Source of the DNA: Torpedo marmorata
Taxonomy: Eukaryota
Reading direction: 5' to 3'
NCBI GenBank assembly: GCA_977017645.1
Contig: OZ360223.1
Span: 213,590,001-213,654,000, forward strand
Length of the DNA: 64,000 nt
Shown: one piece after another, positions 62,509 to 64,000 of the stretch
How the letters are laid out: every line of letters begins with the position of its first letter
How positions within the stretch are numbered: position 1 is the first letter of the stretch
Position numbers and translations under genes: made by a program
Notes under the pieces: model-generated
The model's input: only the letters and a program-made list of their open reading frames with translations
Databases searched by the model: none
Told to the model about the DNA's origin: nothing

Positions 62509-64000
62509 CACGAAAATCTGTGGACACCGTGGTTGAAGTAAAAAACACAAATGCTGGAGAAACTCAGCAGGTCAAACAGTGTCTTTTATGTAGCAAAGGT
62601 AGAAATACATAACCGACGTTTCCAGCTTGAGCCCTTCATCAAAGTATGAGAAAATGCCGGCAGGCGTCCGAACAAAAGAGTGAGGGGGGAAGGGGGGGGG
62701 GGTGGCAAAGGCAGGAGATGATAGGTGGAGAAAGGAGGGAGGGGACAGCAGCAAAGAGGGGGAGGAGGGATGGCTGGGTGGGTGGAAAAAAACAGGAAGG
62801 ACAGGTGAGGGGGGAGGGGAAGGAAACGACAAGCAGGTTTAGTGGAAAGCAGAAAAGTCAATGTTAATACCATCTGGCTGGAGAGTGCCTAGACGGAAAA
62901 TGAGATGTTGTTCCTCCAATTTGTGGGTAGTCTGGGTGGGATAGTACATAAGGCCATGGACAGACATGTGAGTGTGGGAGTGTGACCCGGAATTGAAATG
63001 GTTGGCTACTGGGAGCTCGCTGTTGTTGCGGACGGAGAGGAGGTGCTCAGTAAAGTGATCTCCAAATCTACGACCAGTCTCTCCGATGTAGAGAAAGCCA
63101 CAAAGGGAGCACCGGATGCAGTAAATAAGTTCTCTGGAAGTACAAGTGAAGTGTAGTTTCATTTGGAAGGCCTGTTTGGGGCCCCGGACCGTGGTGAGGG
63201 GGGAGGTGTGGGCGCAGGTGTTGCACCTCCTGCGGGCACAGGGGAAGGTGCCGGGGGTGCAACGGGTGGGGAGGGATGAGTGTATGAGGGAATCGCAGAG
63301 GGAGCAGTCCCTACGGAAGGCCGAGAGGGGAGGTGAAGGAAAAATATGTCTGGTGGTGGGATCCTGTAGTAAGTGCCGGAAATTCCGGCGGATAATGTGT
63401 TGGATGCGGAGGCTGGTGGGGTGGTAGGTGAGGATGAGGGGGATTCTATGTTTGTTGCATCTGGGGGCAGAGGGGGCCAGGGCAGATGAGCGGGAAATGG
63501 AGGAGATGCGGGTGAGGGCTGAGTTGATGGTGGTGGAGGGGAAGCCACATTTATGGAAAAAGGCAGACATTTCAGAAGATCTGGACCGGAACACCTCATC
63601 TTGGGAACAGATGCGGCGGAGGCGGAGAAATTGAGAGAAGGGGATGGAATCCTTGCAGTGGACAGGGTGTGAGGTAGTGTAGTCCAGATAGTTGTGGGAG
63701 TTGGAGGGTTTGTAGTAAATGTCGTTGGAAAGCTTGTCTCCTGAGATGGAGACAGAGAGATCCAGGAAGGGGAGAGTGTTATCGGAGATGGACCAGGTGA
63801 GTTTGAGATCGTGGTGGAAGTTGGATGCGAAGTGGATGAAGATGACAAGCTCATCGCTGGTGCATGAGGCAGCCCCGATGTAGTCGTTGATATAAAGGAG
63901 GAAGAGATGAGGGGTCTTGCCTGTGTAGACTTGTAGCGTGGATTGCTCCACAAAGCCCACAAACAGGCAGGCATAGCTGGGACCCATGCGGGTACCCATG
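62509..64000 (-). mobile_element. Penelope-like retroelement, continues beyond the window
   Basis: Near-identical to 14768-16223 including the tail; hammerhead-like motif at 62605-62648. Confidence 0.93.
62839..63999 (-). CDS. PLE RT C-terminal half + GIY-YIG endonuclease (partial, open 386 aa)
   Basis: GTRMGPSYACLF, YINDY (YIDDY in the sister copy), PFLDL, YYKP, CARRRCNTC linker, LIYCIRC...YIGETGRR; uninterrupted within the window. Confidence 0.88.
   Translation of the reverse strand: MGTRMGPSYACLFVGFVEQSTLQVYTGKTPHLFLLYINDYIGAASCTSDELVIFIHFASNFHHDLKLTWSISDNTLPFLDLSVSISGDKLSNDIYYKPSNSHNYLDYTTSHPVHCKDSIPFSQFLRLRRICSQDEVFRSRSSEMSAFFHKCGFPSTTINSALTRISSISRSSALAPSAPRCNKHRIPLILTYHPTSLRIQHIIRRNFRHLLQDPTTRHIFPSPPLSAFRRDCSLCDSLIHSSLPTRCTPGTFPCARRRCNTCAHTSPLTTVRGPKQAFQMKLHFTCTSRELIYCIRCSLCGFLYIGETGRRFGDHFTEHLLSVRNNSELPVANHFNSGSHSHTHMSVHGLMYYPTQTTHKLEEQHLIFRLGTLQPDGINIDFSAFH

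Noticed and set aside
1-64000. CRISPR arrays, operons or other prokaryotic/viral systems
   Set aside because: No regularly spaced repeat-spacer array, no gene-dense region and no cas or viral protein motifs; the content is vertebrate repeats and non-coding DNA.

Overview
This is eukaryotic genomic DNA, not prokaryotic. It is most likely from a cartilaginous fish (shark or ray), judged from HE1/V-SINE-type SINEs and the CR1, Rex-Babar, Tx1 and Penelope-like families present. I can support no intact host protein-coding gene; every recognisable ORF is transposon-derived. The flanks (about 1-30 kb and 45.7-64 kb) are a dense, often nested mosaic of repeats: CR1 and Rex-Babar LINEs, a Tx1/L1-type LINE, two young near-identical Penelope-like elements (RT + GIY-YIG) with hammerhead-ribozyme-like tails, a hAT element with a perfect 8-bp TSD and unexplained internal cargo, a Chapaev3-like derivative, Tigger-like MITEs, and a 5S-rRNA-headed SINE-like element. 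The centre (about 31-45.6 kb) is almost TE-free and visibly CpG-retaining. It contains motif-dense, enhancer-like blocks, a candidate Pol II promoter at about 36.6 kb, and a well-formed 170-nt candidate exon. This looks like the 5' end of a lncRNA or the regulatory domain of a developmental gene, but I cannot identify the locus from sequence alone. Two short N gaps are present. Boundaries of old repeats are approximate, and all family assignments come from motif recognition, not database searches.
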